64,000 bases of DNA from Chloroflexota bacterium (GCA_014874475.1 JADBJJ010000023.1:391836-455835), one strand, 5' to 3'. Counted from the stretch's first letter, positions 1 to 10,463 are shown. Notes: generated by a model not told the origin, from the letters alone. Translations and numbers: made by a program.

Positions 1-1007
1 AACTCTCCCGCTTCTTCGGATTCTCCGGATTCCCCTCTCTCCGGCAGCTGCGGCAGATAGGTCAGGTACCCGGCAGCGCCCAGTTTTTCCATTAACTCTG
101 CCATAGACTTATCGCCAAAGTTGCGGATGGTCCGGACCGCCTCATCGCCCCGGCCCAGGACTTCCAGGACCTCCCCGACCCGCGAGATGCCCGCCCGTTT
201 CAGGGCATTATAGACGCGCGCGGTCAGCCCCAGAGTTTCTATCGGGACCTCGTAGACCCGGGCCGGGATTCCCCGCTCTTCCTCTCCCACCAACTCCGGC
301 TCCTCTGTAATCCCGGCAATGAGACGGAAGTGGGTGACCAGAATCCGGGCCGCCTCCTTGAGAGCGTCCAGCGGACTGATGCGGCCGTCGGTCCAGATTT
401 CTATGTTCAGCCGGTCGTAGTTGGTCCGCTGGGCAACCCGCGCTCGTTCCACGTTGAACGCGACCCGCCGGACAGGACTGAAAAGGGCATCTACCGGAAG
501 TTCACCAAGGGATCGGCGCTCCCGCTCTTCGGCAGGAGAGTAACCCCGTCCCCGCTCCACAGTGAACTCCATTTCCACCGCTGCCTCAGAAGAGTCGGTG
601 GTGAAGAGATAGAGGTCGGGGTTGAGAATCTCTATCTCCGGCGGTGCATGGATATCCCCGGCGGTCACCACGCCATCCCCCCGGACGGAAAGAACCATCC
701 GCATCGGACCATCACCGTCCATCTTCAGGCGCAGTTGCTTCACCTGAAGAAGGACTTGCATCACGTCCTCCCGCACATGCGGGATGGTCGCGAATTCGTG
801 CGAGACGTCGTAGATGCGGACAGAGGTAACCGCCGCTCCGGGAAGGGAAGAGAGCAGAACCCGCCGCAGGGCATTCCCCAGCGTGATCCCGTAGCCGCTC
901 TCCAGCGGGCCGATAACGAACCGCCCATACTGCTGGGTCAGCACCTCTTTTTCAATTTTCGGCAAAACCGGTACGGCAAACCTGGGTTCCCTCTGTGCAG
1001 TCATCAT
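1..1007 (-). CDS. rpoA: RNA polymerase subunit alpha (3' end runs off the window)
   Basis: Manual translation of the minus strand: MMTAQREP...GPLESGYGITLGNALRRVLLSSLPGAAV...HEFATIPHVREDV...TARVYNALKRAGI; follows rpsD; absent from the ORF track because there is no stop in the window. Confidence 0.97.
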   Translation of the reverse strand, partial: MMTAQREPRFAVPVLPKIEKEVLTQQYGRFVIGPLESGYGITLGNALRRVLLSSLPGAAVTSVRIYDVSHEFATIPHVREDVMQVLLQVKQLRLKMDGDGPMRMVLSVRGDGVVTAGDIHAPPEIEILNPDLYLFTTDSSEAAVEMEFTVERGRGYSPAEERERRSLGELPVDALFSPVRRVAFNVERARVAQRTNYDRLNIEIWTDGRISPLDALKEAARILVTHFRLIAGITEEPELVGEEERGIPARVYEVPIETLGLTARVYNALKRAGISRVGEVLEVLGRGDEAVRTIRNFGDKSMAELMEKLGAAGYLTYLPQLPERGESGESEEAGE

Positions 1008-1010
1008 CAC

Positions 1011-1649
1011 CTACCGAGAGTAGTACTCCACAACCAGTTGCTCGTTGATCGGAATGTCCACATGCTCCCGCCTGGGCATTCCCAGGACCCGGGCGGAAAG
1101 GTCCGCCGCGTCCAGAGAGAGCCAATCGGGAACCCTCATCTCGTCCAGCATCTCGGCGCGTTCCTGGAAGTAGGGCCGCCGGCGGCTCCCCTCCCGAACT
1201 GCCACCCGGTCGCCTGGCCGGACCAGGTAGGACGGGATGGTGACCCGTCGGCCGTTGACAGCGAAGTGTCCATGCTGAACCAGTTGGCGAGCCTGGGCGC
1301 GCGAGTCGGCGAAGCCCAGCCGGTAGATCACGTTATCCAGACGGCGCTCCAGCAGGATGAGCAGGTTTTCGCCGGTCAGGCCGGGCGTCCGCAGCGCCTC
1401 CCGGAAGTAACGGCGGAACTGCCGCTCCATGATGCCGTAGACTCGCTTGACCTTCTGTTTTTCCCGCAACTGGCGGAAGTAGTCCGTGGGCTGTCCTCGC
1501 CGGAAGCGGGCGATCTGCCCGTGCTGTCCGGGCGGGTAATCCCGGCGCTCCAGGGCACATTTGGGCGATGTGCAGCGCGCGCCTTTCAAGAACAACTTTT
1601 GTCCTTCACGACGACACAATCGACAAACCGGGCCTGTATATCTGGCCAT
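1011..1649 (-). CDS. rpsD: 30S ribosomal protein S4
   Basis: [16 protein letters not shown]...[15 protein letters not shown]...VEYYSR. Confidence 0.99.
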   Translation of the reverse strand: MARYTGPVCRLCRREGQKLFLKGARCTSPKCALERRDYPPGQHGQIARFRRGQPTDYFRQLREKQKVKRVYGIMERQFRRYFREALRTPGLTGENLLILLERRLDNVIYRLGFADSRAQARQLVQHGHFAVNGRRVTIPSYLVRPGDRVAVREGSRRRPYFQERAEMLDEMRVPDWLSLDAADLSARVLGMPRREHVDIPINEQLVVEYYSR

Positions 1650-1682
1650 GCCCCTACTCCGTATTCCGTGTATTCCGTCTTC

Positions 1683-2078
1683 TTATACTCTGCGCTTCTT
1701 GGGTGGCCGACAACCGTTGTGCGGGATGGGCGTCACATCGGTGATGGACCGGACTTTTAGCCCCGAGGCCTGCAGGGAGCGGATAGCCGCCTCCCGCCCC
1801 GGGCCCGGCCCCTTGACCAGCACATCCACCTCAGTCACTCCGTTATCCAGGGCGTCTTTGGCTGCGCGCTGGGCAGCCTGGCGGGCGGCGAAGGGCGTGC
1901 TCTTGCGGGAGCCCTTGAAGCCCACCAGCCCTGCGCTGGACCAGTTAATGACGTTCCCCTGAGGGTCGGTGATGGTGATGATGGTATTGTTGAAACTGGC
2001 GTGAATGTGGGCCACCCCGCGCGGGACCGCGCGGCGCACCCGCTGGGTAACTCTGCGACGTCTTTGAGCACGAGACAT
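1683..2078 (-). CDS. rpsK: 30S ribosomal protein S11
   Basis: [10 protein letters not shown]...[13 protein letters not shown]...[18 protein letters not shown]; start trimmed to the ATG at 2078. Confidence 0.98.
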   Translation of the reverse strand: MSRAQRRRRVTQRVRRAVPRGVAHIHASFNNTIITITDPQGNVINWSSAGLVGFKGSRKSTPFAARQAAQRAAKDALDNGVTEVDVLVKGPGPGREAAIRSLQASGLKVRSITDVTPIPHNGCRPPKKRRV

Positions 2079-2121
2079 AGTTGACTCCGTCAAAAATGAA
2101 AAGTGAAACAGGAAAAGTGAA

Positions 2122-2511
2122 TTACTTCTTCTTGGCGCCCCGACGGCGGCCGCGACCGGGAACGGTCTTGCGCGGCCCCCGCTTGGTACGCGCATTGGTC
2201 CGCGTGCGCTGACCGCGCACGGGCAGGTTCATCCGGTGGCGCAACCCGCGATAGCACCCGATTTCTATCAGGCGCTTGATGTTCATCTGCACCTCGCGCC
2301 GCAGGTCTCCCTCCACTTTGTACTCGCGATCAATGATCTCGCGCAGGCGGGCCACCTCGGTCTCGTTGAGGTCCTTCACCCGCTTGTCCGGGTCCACGCC
2401 GGCCTTGCGCAGAATCTCATTGCTCAGGCTGCGCCCGATGCCGTAGATATAGGTCAGACCGATTTCCACCCGTTTGTCTCTGGGTAGGTCTACACCGGCG
2501 ATACGAGCCAT
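2122..2511 (-). CDS. rpsM: 30S ribosomal protein S13
   Basis: [10 protein letters not shown]...[26 protein letters not shown]. Confidence 0.99.
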   Translation of the reverse strand: MARIAGVDLPRDKRVEIGLTYIYGIGRSLSNEILRKAGVDPDKRVKDLNETEVARLREIIDREYKVEGDLRREVQMNIKRLIEIGCYRGLRHRMNLPVRGQRTRTNARTKRGPRKTVPGRGRRRGAKKK

Positions 2512-2551
2512 ACGTCCTCCGAATAGAATGCGTGAAACGTGATGCGTGAAA

Positions 2552-2665
2552 TCAGCCCTGTCGCTGTTTGTGCTTCGGGTTCTCGCAGATGACCCGAATG
2601 ACGCCCTTGCGACGGATGATTTTGCATTTTGGACAACGCCGTTTGACAGACGGTGAAACTTTCAC
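2552..2665 (-). CDS. rpmJ: 50S ribosomal protein L36 (Zn-ribbon form)
   Basis: Manual translation from [49 protein letters not shown] upstream. Confidence 0.97.
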   Translation of the reverse strand: MKVSPSVKRRCPKCKIIRRKGVIRVICENPKHKQRQG

Positions 2666-2684
2666 TTTATCCTCCTGCGCTAAT

Positions 2685-2777
2685 TCTGGAGTTTAGCGCC
2701 CGCACCATATATGGGGGTTAGGTGCCCCATTTCAGCGACGGAAAGCGCTATATGTGGGGGCAACTCTAAACTCCAGA
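2685..2777. repeat. ~93-bp palindromic element with 12-bp perfect terminal inverted repeats
   Basis: TCTGGAGTTTAG (2685-2696) and CTAAACTCCAGA (2766-2777), with internal hairpins ATGGGG/CCCCAT and AGCG/CGCT. Confidence 0.6.
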
Positions 2778-2807
2778 TAATTCTGACGCGTCCTTTTTCC
2801 AATCCCG

Positions 2808-3011
2808 TCATACGCTATCGCTACCTGAAGGGCTTCCCGGCTCAAACCCATATGCTATCTGAATTTCCGGCTCCAGCCAGGTGTTCGTGCCGTTCCGGTC
2901 ATCCCGCGTGCCGTTGCCCAGGTGAACACCGGCTCTCGCTTCATGGCGAGTATCGTAACTGTGAAACCAGAAAATGAGCACCCCTCTTGAAGAGCGTCGG
3001 GACTCGTTCAC
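2808..3011 (-). pseudogene. probable degenerate DUF4160-like (toxin-antitoxin-associated) gene fragment
   Basis: GVLIFWFHSYD..HEARAGVHLG...WLEPEIQIA resembles the DUF4160 pattern (G..F.FYS.EH.PPH.HV...A.FWLEP); an SPTLF N-terminus lies in another frame. Confidence 0.4.
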
Positions 3012-3018
3012 CGATCCC

Positions 3019-3828
3019 TCAACCAGTATGCCACGGCGTCAGAATCTCCGCCTCTCCGTCCCGGATCAAGACGGTGTGCTCAAAGTAGGCCGTCAGTTTG
3101 CCGTCCGCGGAGACGACCGTCCAGTGGTCGGGCAGGGTGCGCACCTGGTAGTCACCGGCCAGAACCATCGTCTCTATGGCGACGGTCATCCCCGACCGCA
3201 GCAGCGGGCCCCGCCCCGGCTCGCCGTGGTTGGGAATCTGCGGCGGCTCGTGCATCTGCCGACCGATGCCATGCCCCGTGTACTCCCGCACCACGTTGTA
3301 GCCCCGGGACTCCACAAAGGTCTGGATGGTAGCGGAAATGTCGCCGACACGGTTCCCAGCACGGGCCTGGGCGATGCCGGCATAGAGAGCTCCCTCCGTC
3401 ACCTCCAAAAGCCGCCGGGCCTCCAGGCTCACCTCCCCCACCGGCAGGGTGATGCCCGCATCACCGTGATAACCGTCGTAGATGGCCCCGACGTCTATAC
3501 TGATAATGTCCCCTTCTTTCAGCACCCGGGGGCCGGGAATCCCGTGGACCAGTTCTTCATTGACGGACGCACAAATCGCGGCCGGAAAGGGATGCGGACT
3601 GCCCGGCGGATAGCCCTTAAAGGACGGGATGCCGCCCCGGCGTCGGATCAGTTCTTCCGCCTTCTCGTTCAACTCCGCGGTGGTGACGCCGGGCCTCACC
3701 CATTCCCGCATCCGTTCCAGGACCTCGGCGACGATTCGCCCGGCCCTGCGCATTTTTTCAATCTCGCCTGCCGACTTCAGTTGAATCAACGGTGCTGGTA
3801 AATGGATAGACGGGTAACTGGTAATCAA
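3019..3828 (-). CDS. map: methionine aminopeptidase type I
   Basis: ICASVNEELVHGIP, DVGA..DGYHGD, GHGIGRQMHE, FEHTV motifs; follows adk. Confidence 0.97.
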   Translation of the reverse strand: MITSYPSIHLPAPLIQLKSAGEIEKMRRAGRIVAEVLERMREWVRPGVTTAELNEKAEELIRRRGGIPSFKGYPPGSPHPFPAAICASVNEELVHGIPGPRVLKEGDIISIDVGAIYDGYHGDAGITLPVGEVSLEARRLLEVTEGALYAGIAQARAGNRVGDISATIQTFVESRGYNVVREYTGHGIGRQMHEPPQIPNHGEPGRGPLLRSGMTVAIETMVLAGDYQVRTLPDHWTVVSADGKLTAYFEHTVLIRDGEAEILTPWHTG

Positions 3829-4524
3829 TTAGTCGCAGGCGCCCTCAGCGCTCTCTCCAGTGAGGGAGCCGCAGGCGCTCTCCACAGCCGCCCGCAGGTC
3901 GGCCTGGACGTCGTCAATGGACTGTTCGCCGTCTATTTCCACCAGCAGGCCCGCCCGACGGTAGTAGTCCACCAGCGGCGCCGTCTGCTCTTGATAAACC
4001 TTCAGGCGGCGGCGGTGGGCTTCCTCCGTCTCGTCGGGGCGCTGGTAGAGTTCGCCTCCGCAGGCATCGCATACGCCCGCCTGCTTGGGCGGGTTGAACA
4101 GGGTATGATAAACAGCCCCACAACTCCGACAGGTCCAGCGGCCCGCCAGGCGAGCCAGGGCTACCCCCTCCCGCACCCGGATCAAGGCCACCATGTCCAG
4201 CGCGGTTCCGTTTCCCCGCAGGAGACGTTCCAGCGCTTCCGCCTGCGCGACGGTGCGCGGGAAGCCGTCCAGGATGAAGCCGTCGGCGCAGTCCGGGCGG
4301 GCAATCCGTTCGGCGACCATGCCGATGGTCACCTCATCGGGCACCAGGTCGCCCCGTTCCATATAGGCCCGCGCCTGGCGGCCCAGTTCCGTCCCCTGAA
4401 CCAGGTGTTCCCGGAAGAGGTCCCCGCTGGCGACATGCGGGATTCTCAGCGCCTGCGCCAGTTGCTCCGCCTGTGTTCCCTTGCCCGCTCCGGGCATACC
4501 CAACAAGACAATGCGGCACCCCAT
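3829..4524 (-). CDS. adk: adenylate kinase (Zn-lid type)
   Basis: GMPGAGKGTQA, LDGFPRT, CRSC...CDAC lid. Confidence 0.98.
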   Translation of the reverse strand: MGCRIVLLGMPGAGKGTQAEQLAQALRIPHVASGDLFREHLVQGTELGRQARAYMERGDLVPDEVTIGMVAERIARPDCADGFILDGFPRTVAQAEALERLLRGNGTALDMVALIRVREGVALARLAGRWTCRSCGAVYHTLFNPPKQAGVCDACGGELYQRPDETEEAHRRRLKVYQEQTAPLVDYYRRAGLLVEIDGEQSIDDVQADLRAAVESACGSLTGESAEGACD

Positions 4525-4582
4525 CGTTTCACTCCAGCCCCTCAGTCAAATCGCGGTTATCGTTGCGCCACGACAGCAAGTC

Positions 4583-5902
4583 TTATCGGATGAACCCCTC
4601 ATAGTGCCGCATCAGCAACTGGGCCTCCAGTTGCCGCATCGTATCTACCACGACACCCACGACGATGAGCAGTCCCGCCGAGGTGATGAGCAGCACCTGG
4701 GTATGCATCAGCAACTGGACGATGAAAGGCAGCACAGCAACGCCCCCCAGGAACAGGGCCCCGAACAGAGTGATGCGCTTGTAGATACCGTTAATGTAGT
4801 CCGCCGTCTGCTTGCCGGGACGGATGCCCGGGATGAACCCGCCGTACTTCTGCAGGTTCTCCGGCAGATTCTGCTGCTCCACCAGGACGAAGGTGTAGAA
4901 GTATGTGAAGCCGACGACGGCAGCAAAGTAGAGCACCGCATAGAAGAAGGTGGTATACCACTCCACCGTGTGCCCACTGAAGAAGTTCATAATATCCATT
5001 GCCACCCGCGCCACGTTGACGTCGGATGAACCGGTGAAGAACTGAGCGATGACCGCAGGCAGGGTGAGCAGGGACTGAGCGAAGATGAGCGGGATCATCC
5101 CGGCCATATTGACCCGCAGCGGGATGTAGGTGCTGCCGCCGCCATACATCCGCCGGCCCCGTACCCGCTTACCGTACTGCACCGGAATGCGCCGCTCCCC
5201 CTCATGGACGTACACGATAACGAAGATCACCAGCGCCGTGATGATCAGGAAAAAGAGAATGCCCAGGAAACCGTCCGTGGTGTAAATCCGCGACACATTG
5301 GCCGGCGTCCGGGCCACAATGCCGCCAAAGATGATGAGCGAAAGACCGTTACCAATACCCTGCTCGGAAATCAACTCACCCAGCCAGATGGCGAACATAG
5401 TGCCCGCCATCATGGCGATCAGGACCGATATGGTGGGCAGAATGAACTCCGGCTGATGGAAACCGAAGTTGGGCAGGACCGGGCGCGCAGCAGCGCTATT
5501 GAACAACTGGGCTTGCCCCCAGGCCTGCAACATCCCCAGCGGAATGGTCAGGTAGTACGTCCACCGGTTCAGTTTCCGCCGACCGGCTTCCCCTTCCTCC
5601 TCCGCCAGCCGCTTCAGCGCCGGGATGACCGGGACCAGCAACTGGATGATGATGGATGCGTTGATGTATGGATAGACCCCGTTTGCCAGCACCGAGTACT
5701 CTGCTACTGCGCCGCCAGAGAGCAGGTCCAGAATGTTGACCAGTTGGGCCGCCCCACCGGTCAGGCTGCGCAGGGCCTCCCGGTCAATGCCCGGCACCGG
5801 CACGTGAGAGGCCGCGCGGAAGATGACCAGAATCAGCAGCGTGTAGAACAACCGCCGCCGCAGGTCGGGAAGCCTCAGAGCATCACGTACGGCCTGGATC
5901 AT
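4583..5902 (-). CDS. secY: preprotein translocase subunit SecY
   Basis: VPVPG, GVYPYINASIIIQLL, WLGELISEQGIGNGLSLII, GGFIPGIRPG motifs; multiple TM segments. Confidence 0.99.
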   Translation of the reverse strand: MIQAVRDALRLPDLRRRLFYTLLILVIFRAASHVPVPGIDREALRSLTGGAAQLVNILDLLSGGAVAEYSVLANGVYPYINASIIIQLLVPVIPALKRLAEEEGEAGRRKLNRWTYYLTIPLGMLQAWGQAQLFNSAAARPVLPNFGFHQPEFILPTISVLIAMMAGTMFAIWLGELISEQGIGNGLSLIIFGGIVARTPANVSRIYTTDGFLGILFFLIITALVIFVIVYVHEGERRIPVQYGKRVRGRRMYGGGSTYIPLRVNMAGMIPLIFAQSLLTLPAVIAQFFTGSSDVNVARVAMDIMNFFSGHTVEWYTTFFYAVLYFAAVVGFTYFYTFVLVEQQNLPENLQKYGGFIPGIRPGKQTADYINGIYKRITLFGALFLGGVAVLPFIVQLLMHTQVLLITSAGLLIVVGVVVDTMRQLEAQLLMRHYEGFIR

Positions 5903-5935
5903 GGCTTACCTCGCTTATCGCAGATAGCGGATCGC

Positions 5936-6415
5936 CTACCGCGTCCGATAGCCGCCCCGCTCCCAGGGCAACTCCTCTACGGTACCACCGGCGGCCTCAA
6001 TCTTGGCCCGCGCGCTGGCGGAGAAGCGATGGGCCTTCACCGTCAACGGGATATCCAACTCCCCGCGCCCCAGGATGACCACCCACTCATCGGCGTTCCG
6101 GATCAGGCCAGCATCCGCCAGTTCCTCCGGGGTCACCACGCTCCCCGGCGCGAACCGGGCCAGCCGGTCCACGTTGACCGGCGTGAAGCGGACCCGCCAG
6201 GGATCCCGGAAACCGACGCCTCGCGCGAAGGGCAGTTTGCGGACCAGCGGCAATTGCCCGCCCTCAAAGTACGGTGGGATGCTCCCCCCGCTGCGGGCCT
6301 TCTGCCCCTTCGTCCCGCGCCCGCCGGTCTTCCCCTGACCGGCCGCGATGCCGATGCCCTTTCGCTTGCGGCGCTTCTTGGAACCCTCAGCCGGTTGCAA
6401 ATCGTGCAGTTTCAT
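5936..6415 (-). CDS. rplO: 50S ribosomal protein L15
   Basis: [16 protein letters not shown]...FEGGQLPL...KIEAAGG. Confidence 0.98.
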   Translation of the reverse strand: MKLHDLQPAEGSKKRRKRKGIGIAAGQGKTGGRGTKGQKARSGGSIPPYFEGGQLPLVRKLPFARGVGFRDPWRVRFTPVNVDRLARFAPGSVVTPEELADAGLIRNADEWVVILGRGELDIPLTVKAHRFSASARAKIEAAGGTVEELPWERGGYRTR

Positions 6416-6606
6416 CCCTCAACCTCTTCCACCTTCAACATGTGCTGGACCTTGGCCACCATCCCCCGGATGGCCGGTGTATCGGCCTTCTCTACCGTCT
6501 GGTGGAGACGGCGCAGGCCCAGCGCCCGGACGGTCGCTTTCTGATCTCTGGAATACCCGATTGGGCTGCGAACCAGGGTGATACGGAGAACCTTCTGCTT
6601 TTCCAT
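6412..6606 (-). CDS. rpmD: 50S ribosomal protein L30
   Basis: [11 protein letters not shown]...[17 protein letters not shown]. Confidence 0.97.
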   Translation of the reverse strand: MEKQKVLRITLVRSPIGYSRDQKATVRALGLRRLHQTVEKADTPAIRGMVAKVQHMLKVEEVEG

Positions 6607-6657
6607 TGCCTGTCCCCTGCCTACAGTTTACCCATTTACCCGACACCAAACCGACAA

Positions 6658-7194
6658 CTACCGCCCTCGCATCCAGAACGGCATCACCCGGGTCTCCGGC
6701 AGGCCCCGCTCCTGCGCCAGTTCTTCGTAGGAGCGCAGTTGCTTCAGGGCCTCCATCGTTGCCTTCACCACGTTGATCATGCTGGAACTGCCCATGGATT
6801 TGGTCAGCACGTCGTGGATGCCTGCCGCCTCCAGCACAGCGCGCACGCCACCCCCCGCGATGACGCCAGTACCCGGTGAGGCGGGCTTGATCAGCACCTG
6901 GGCACCGCTGCATTTGCCCATCGCATCGTGCGGGATGGTCCGCCCGACCAGAGGGATGGTGATCATAGACGTCCGGGCCCGCTCCGTGGCCTTGCGGATG
7001 GCGTCTGGGACGGCGCGCGCTTTGCCCACGCCGATGCCGACGCGGCCATTGCGGTCGCCGACCACGGCGATTACCCGAAAGGCAAACCGACGCCCGCCCT
7101 TGATGACCTTGGCGACCCGCTCAATGTCCACGACCCGCTCGTCTAATTCTACTGGCGCCGTCGGCTCCAGTTCAAATTCCTGATCCAGGTCCAT
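6658..7194 (-). CDS. rpsE: 30S ribosomal protein S5
   Basis: [14 protein letters not shown]...[19 protein letters not shown]. Confidence 0.99.
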   Translation of the reverse strand: MDLDQEFELEPTAPVELDERVVDIERVAKVIKGGRRFAFRVIAVVGDRNGRVGIGVGKARAVPDAIRKATERARTSMITIPLVGRTIPHDAMGKCSGAQVLIKPASPGTGVIAGGGVRAVLEAAGIHDVLTKSMGSSSMINVVKATMEALKQLRSYEELAQERGLPETRVMPFWMRGR

Positions 7195-7226
7195 TCGCTT
7201 GCCTCCTACTCCCTCTTCGTACTCCG

Positions 7227-7592
7227 TTAAAAATCCAGCCCACCTTCGCGGGCGGCGTCGGCCAGAGCTTTCACCCGACCGTGGTACTTGTATCCCGCCC
7301 GATCAAAGGCCACTTTGGCGATCCCCTGGGCCAGGGCGCGGGCCGCCAGGACTTTCCCCACCACCCGGGCCTGTTCCGTCTTCTTCAACCCTGCAATCTG
7401 CTCACGGACTTCCGGGTCCAGGGTGGAAGCGGAGACCAGTGTATGTCCCACCGTATCATCAATCACCTGGGCATAGATATGCCGCAAACTGCGAAAAACG
7501 TTCAGGCGCGGGCGCTCAGGCGTGCCGAACACCTTCTTGCGCACATGCTTGTGTCGGCGTAGTCGTCCCAACCGGCGATCTTTTTCCGCCAT
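7227..7592 (-). CDS. rplR: 50S ribosomal protein L18
   Basis: [24 protein letters not shown]...[17 protein letters not shown]; start at the ATG at 7592. Confidence 0.98.
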   Translation of the reverse strand: MAEKDRRLGRLRRHKHVRKKVFGTPERPRLNVFRSLRHIYAQVIDDTVGHTLVSASTLDPEVREQIAGLKKTEQARVVGKVLAARALAQGIAKVAFDRAGYKYHGRVKALADAAREGGLDF

Positions 7593-7611
7593 AATCCTCA
7601 CTCCCTGATCC

Positions 7612-8175
7612 TTATTTCTTACCCTTACCCTTGCCTTTGCCGGCCTTCCCAACCTTCTGGCGAATCTGCTCGCCCAGGTAGCGGAGCCCTTTCCCCAGGT
7701 ACGGGTCAGCCGGGCGCCAGGCGCGGATTTCGGCGGCAATCCGTCCCACCATCTCCTTATCTGCGCCCCACACGGTGATGACGCCCGCTTTCGGGTCCAC
7801 GTCAAACGTGATGCCCTCCGGCGGACGGACGCGCACCGGGTGGGAGAATCCCAGGTGCATGACCAGCGTCCCGTCGGGCTGGCGCTCGGCGCGGTACCCA
7901 ACGCCGCGAATCTCCAGTCGCTTCTGGAATCCCTGGGAGACCCCTTCCACCATATTCGCCAGCAGGGCACGGGTCAGCCCATGCAGCGCCCGGTGGTGCC
8001 GGGCATCGGTGGGCCGGTAGACCCGCAGGGTATTATCTTCTTTCACGATTTGCATCGCCGGGTCAAACGAACGCGTCAGCGTCCCTTTCGGGCCGCTTAC
8101 GGTGACCAGGCTGCCCTGAATTTCCACCTTTACCTCAGGGGGCAAAGGAATCGGCATCCGACCAATTCGCGACAT
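7612..8175 (-). CDS. rplF: 50S ribosomal protein L6
   Basis: MSRIGRMPI...[12 protein letters not shown]...PYLGKGLRY; start at the ATG at 8175. Confidence 0.98.
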   Translation of the reverse strand: MSRIGRMPIPLPPEVKVEIQGSLVTVSGPKGTLTRSFDPAMQIVKEDNTLRVYRPTDARHHRALHGLTRALLANMVEGVSQGFQKRLEIRGVGYRAERQPDGTLVMHLGFSHPVRVRPPEGITFDVDPKAGVITVWGADKEMVGRIAAEIRAWRPADPYLGKGLRYLGEQIRQKVGKAGKGKGKGKK

Positions 8176-8185
8176 CCCGTCCTCC

Positions 8186-8599
8186 CTACCACACGTAGCA
8201 GATGACCTCGCCGCCCACCCGCAGCCGTCGGGCCTGTTCGCCGGTGAGGATTCCCTTCGGAGTGGAGAGGATGGCAATGCCCATACCGCTTTTCACCCAG
8301 GGAATCTCAGACACGCGAGTGTAAATCCGGCGGCCCGGCTTGCTGACCCGTTGCAGTCCCTGGATGACGGACCGCCGCTTCCGCCGTTCCCCGATGTACT
8401 TCAGGCGAATCACCAGGCGATAGCGAGGCTGCTCCGGTGACTCCACCACCCGGTAGTCCTCAATATACCCCTCTTCCTTCAGAATGCGGGCAATGGCGAC
8501 TTTCATTTTGGAAGAGGGCATCTCCACGGTGGGATGCCCCACCGCAATCGCATTGCGCATACGGGTCAACATATCGGCAATCGGATCTGTCACCGTCAT
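8186..8599 (-). CDS. rpsH: 30S ribosomal protein S8
   Basis: [14 protein letters not shown]...VSKPGRRIY...GGEVICYVW. Confidence 0.99.
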   Translation of the reverse strand: MTVTDPIADMLTRMRNAIAVGHPTVEMPSSKMKVAIARILKEEGYIEDYRVVESPEQPRYRLVIRLKYIGERRKRRSVIQGLQRVSKPGRRIYTRVSEIPWVKSGMGIAILSTPKGILTGEQARRLRVGGEVICYVW

Positions 8600-8612
8600 C
8601 GGTCCGTCACCC

Positions 8613-8795
8613 TCACCAACTGGACTTGGTCAGCCCGGGAATGAGCCCCTCCAGGGCCAACTCCCGCAGGCAGATGCGGCAGAGGCCAAAGCGGCGGTAA
8701 TAACCGCGCGGGCGTCCACAACGCTGGCAGCGATTCCGCACCTGCACTTTATACTTCCGTCGCATTTCCCTATAAGGCATACACTTTCTCGCCAT
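8613..8795 (-). CDS. rpsN: 30S ribosomal protein S14 type Z (Zn-binding)
   Basis: [28 protein letters not shown]...KSSW; ATG at 8795 with GGAG RBS. Confidence 0.97.
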   Translation of the reverse strand: MARKCMPYREMRRKYKVQVRNRCQRCGRPRGYYRRFGLCRICLRELALEGLIPGLTKSSW

Positions 8796-8864
8796 GCTTG
8801 CTCCTGCCGGAAAGTCAGTAGTCTCCCCCTTGAGCATTTATAACTTGACGTCGTGTCTTCTTAG

Positions 8865-8942
8865 CCCCACCCCCCTTGCTCCCTCCCCATCACTGCGCCT
8901 GTGGGGAGGAGGCTTCCTCCCCCTTCTCCCCCGCCGCGGCGA
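8865..8942. repeat. REP-like C/G-rich palindromic repeat
   Basis: CGCCTGTGGGGAGG (8896-8909) is the exact reverse complement of 9441-9454; 8919-8941 matches 47429-47451 at 22 of 23 positions. Confidence 0.6.
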
Positions 8943-9149
8943 GGTGGTCTGTGGTCTGTCGTCCGTCGTCCACAAGATGAGGAGGCGCTAAAGGCCACCT
9001 GCCGCAAGCAGAGTGGCACGACCTCCTTCGGTCATTAACCGATTTCCCTGCTCGCGGGAGGGTAGGTAGTTACCTATTGGAAATGTTCCCCTTTTTCACC
9101 CTCTCCTCCTGAGCAATTCCCACCATACCTCCTGAGGCGTTCGGCCTCC

Positions 9150-9437
9150 CTACTTCGCCACCGTTTTTTGCCACCATCCCAATTCTGCCCTCAGAGAGGG
9201 ACTCCCTTTCGCGGCAACCGCCCCTAACAATGCCCCCATCCGCCTCGCCCATTCCCTGCCAAACCGCCATTCCCCTCTCCCTCCTACCCAACTCTCCAGT
9301 CCGGGTTTTGCCTCCAGCAGCAACGCCTCCGCTTCCCGCCTCAACCGTTCATCCCCCATCAGTATCCCCACCACCTCCGGCGTGTACCGATACACCAGCG
9401 CGACATACACCTCCCCACCGGCACTGCGCAACATCAC
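9150..9437 (-). pseudogene. truncated gene fragment, possibly the C-terminal part of a CFI-box-CTERM-like domain
   Basis: VMLRSAGGEVYVALVYRYTPEVVGILMGDERLRREAEALL resembles the FRD.VL..S..G..YV..YY..SP...IL...LR pattern; its 5' end abuts the repeat at 9441. Confidence 0.35.
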
Positions 9438-9440
9438 CTC

Positions 9441-9485
9441 CCTCCCCACAGGCGAAGCCGTGTGAGGAGGGGGCAGGGGGGTAGG
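9441..9485. repeat. REP-like repeat, inverted relative to the copy at 8865-8909
   Basis: CCTCCCCACAGGCG...GAGGAGGGGGCAGGGGGGTAGG is an imperfect reverse complement of 8865-8909. Confidence 0.55.
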
Positions 9486-9634
9486 ACCAGGATAAACCCC
9501 ATCGCGCTCAGTTTCATTAATAATCACTATGGCGAAGTACTAGTTCCTCAGATTCCTATTCAGGATAGGAGGCAACTAATGTGAATAACTGCCTGCCCAT
9601 CTGGCTCACATTCTGCCGCACAAAGGTGCGTCCT

Positions 9635-10006
9635 CTATTCCTCTTGGAAGAGGGAAGGAGGGGTTACAAACCTGCTTGCCAGTATCTTCTCCACCTCAAT
9701 CTTCAATTGTGGCAAATCTTCCGTTGCTGTCAGCCACACTTGGCCAATATCAACCCCAAAGTAATCGTGAATCAATTTGTCCCGCATCCCTGCAATCTCT
9801 TGCCATGGGATTTGGGCATGTGTATCTCGCAGCTCCTGCGAAATCCGCTTGGTGGCCTCGCCGATTATCTCAATTTGCCGGATCACTCCGTCCTGGAGCA
9901 GCGGCTCCCGCTTGAAAGTTGCCTCATCCTTACCCGAGAGATACGCTTCCACCCTGGCGATGGCATCCAAGATATGCTGAAGATAGATGGAATCATCACG
10001 CTTCAT
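9635..10006 (-). CDS. HEPN/DUF86 (HepT-like) ribonuclease toxin
   Basis: YLQHILDAI...[11 protein letters not shown]...[21 protein letters not shown] contains the RX4HXY HEPN motif; overlaps the upstream MNT gene. Confidence 0.93.
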   Translation of the reverse strand: MKRDDSIYLQHILDAIARVEAYLSGKDEATFKREPLLQDGVIRQIEIIGEATKRISQELRDTHAQIPWQEIAGMRDKLIHDYFGVDIGQVWLTATEDLPQLKIEVEKILASRFVTPPSLFQEE

Positions 10007-10286
10007 AAATGATCCGCATCTCACGCCGAATGCGCTCACGCAGATAGGGGCTGATCGCGGCCTCGGTGAGCAAATCCACTTTTCTCCCTAAAGCACTGGA
10101 GAGTTCCCGTTCCAGAGCGACAACTCGTAGCAAGCTAACGGGCCTTGAAAACTCCACCACCAGATCAATGTCACTGTGTTCATCCGCTTCGCCCCTCGCT
10201 ACAGAGCCAAAGACGCCCGCCCGCACTATGTGATTCTGGCGGCATAACTCAATAAGTTTATTTACATCAAAAGGGAACTCGGCCAT
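9996..10286 (-). CDS. minimal nucleotidyltransferase (MntA-like) antitoxin
   Basis: [22 protein letters not shown] = GSX10DXD motif; LGRKVDL; alternative GTG start at 10331. Confidence 0.93.
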   Translation of the reverse strand: MAEFPFDVNKLIELCRQNHIVRAGVFGSVARGEADEHSDIDLVVEFSRPVSLLRVVALERELSSALGRKVDLLTEAAISPYLRERIRREMRIIYEA

Positions 10287-10434
10287 CTCAACCCTATTTC
10301 CAACCTTACGGCGAGACTTGCGCTTCACCACAAAACCTCTATCCCTTCACCATTCCGGGGCGTTTATCTTTCAGCTTCCTCAGGAACGGCCACCCGTCGC
10401 AGGTCAGTTTTTCTTCCATTCCACTCATCGGTTA

Positions 10435-10463
10435 ACTCTACCACGCCCGCCAGATAGGGGCAA
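10435..10463 (-). promoter_or_regulatory. putative sigma70 promoter for the MNT-HEPN module
   Basis: TTGCCC-N17-TAGAGT with an extended -10 TG, just after the rplE stop. Confidence 0.45.

Noticed and set aside
9580..9588. Perfect DnaA box (TGTGAATAA)
   Set aside because: Single isolated match inside the accessory insertion; expected by chance in 64 kb.
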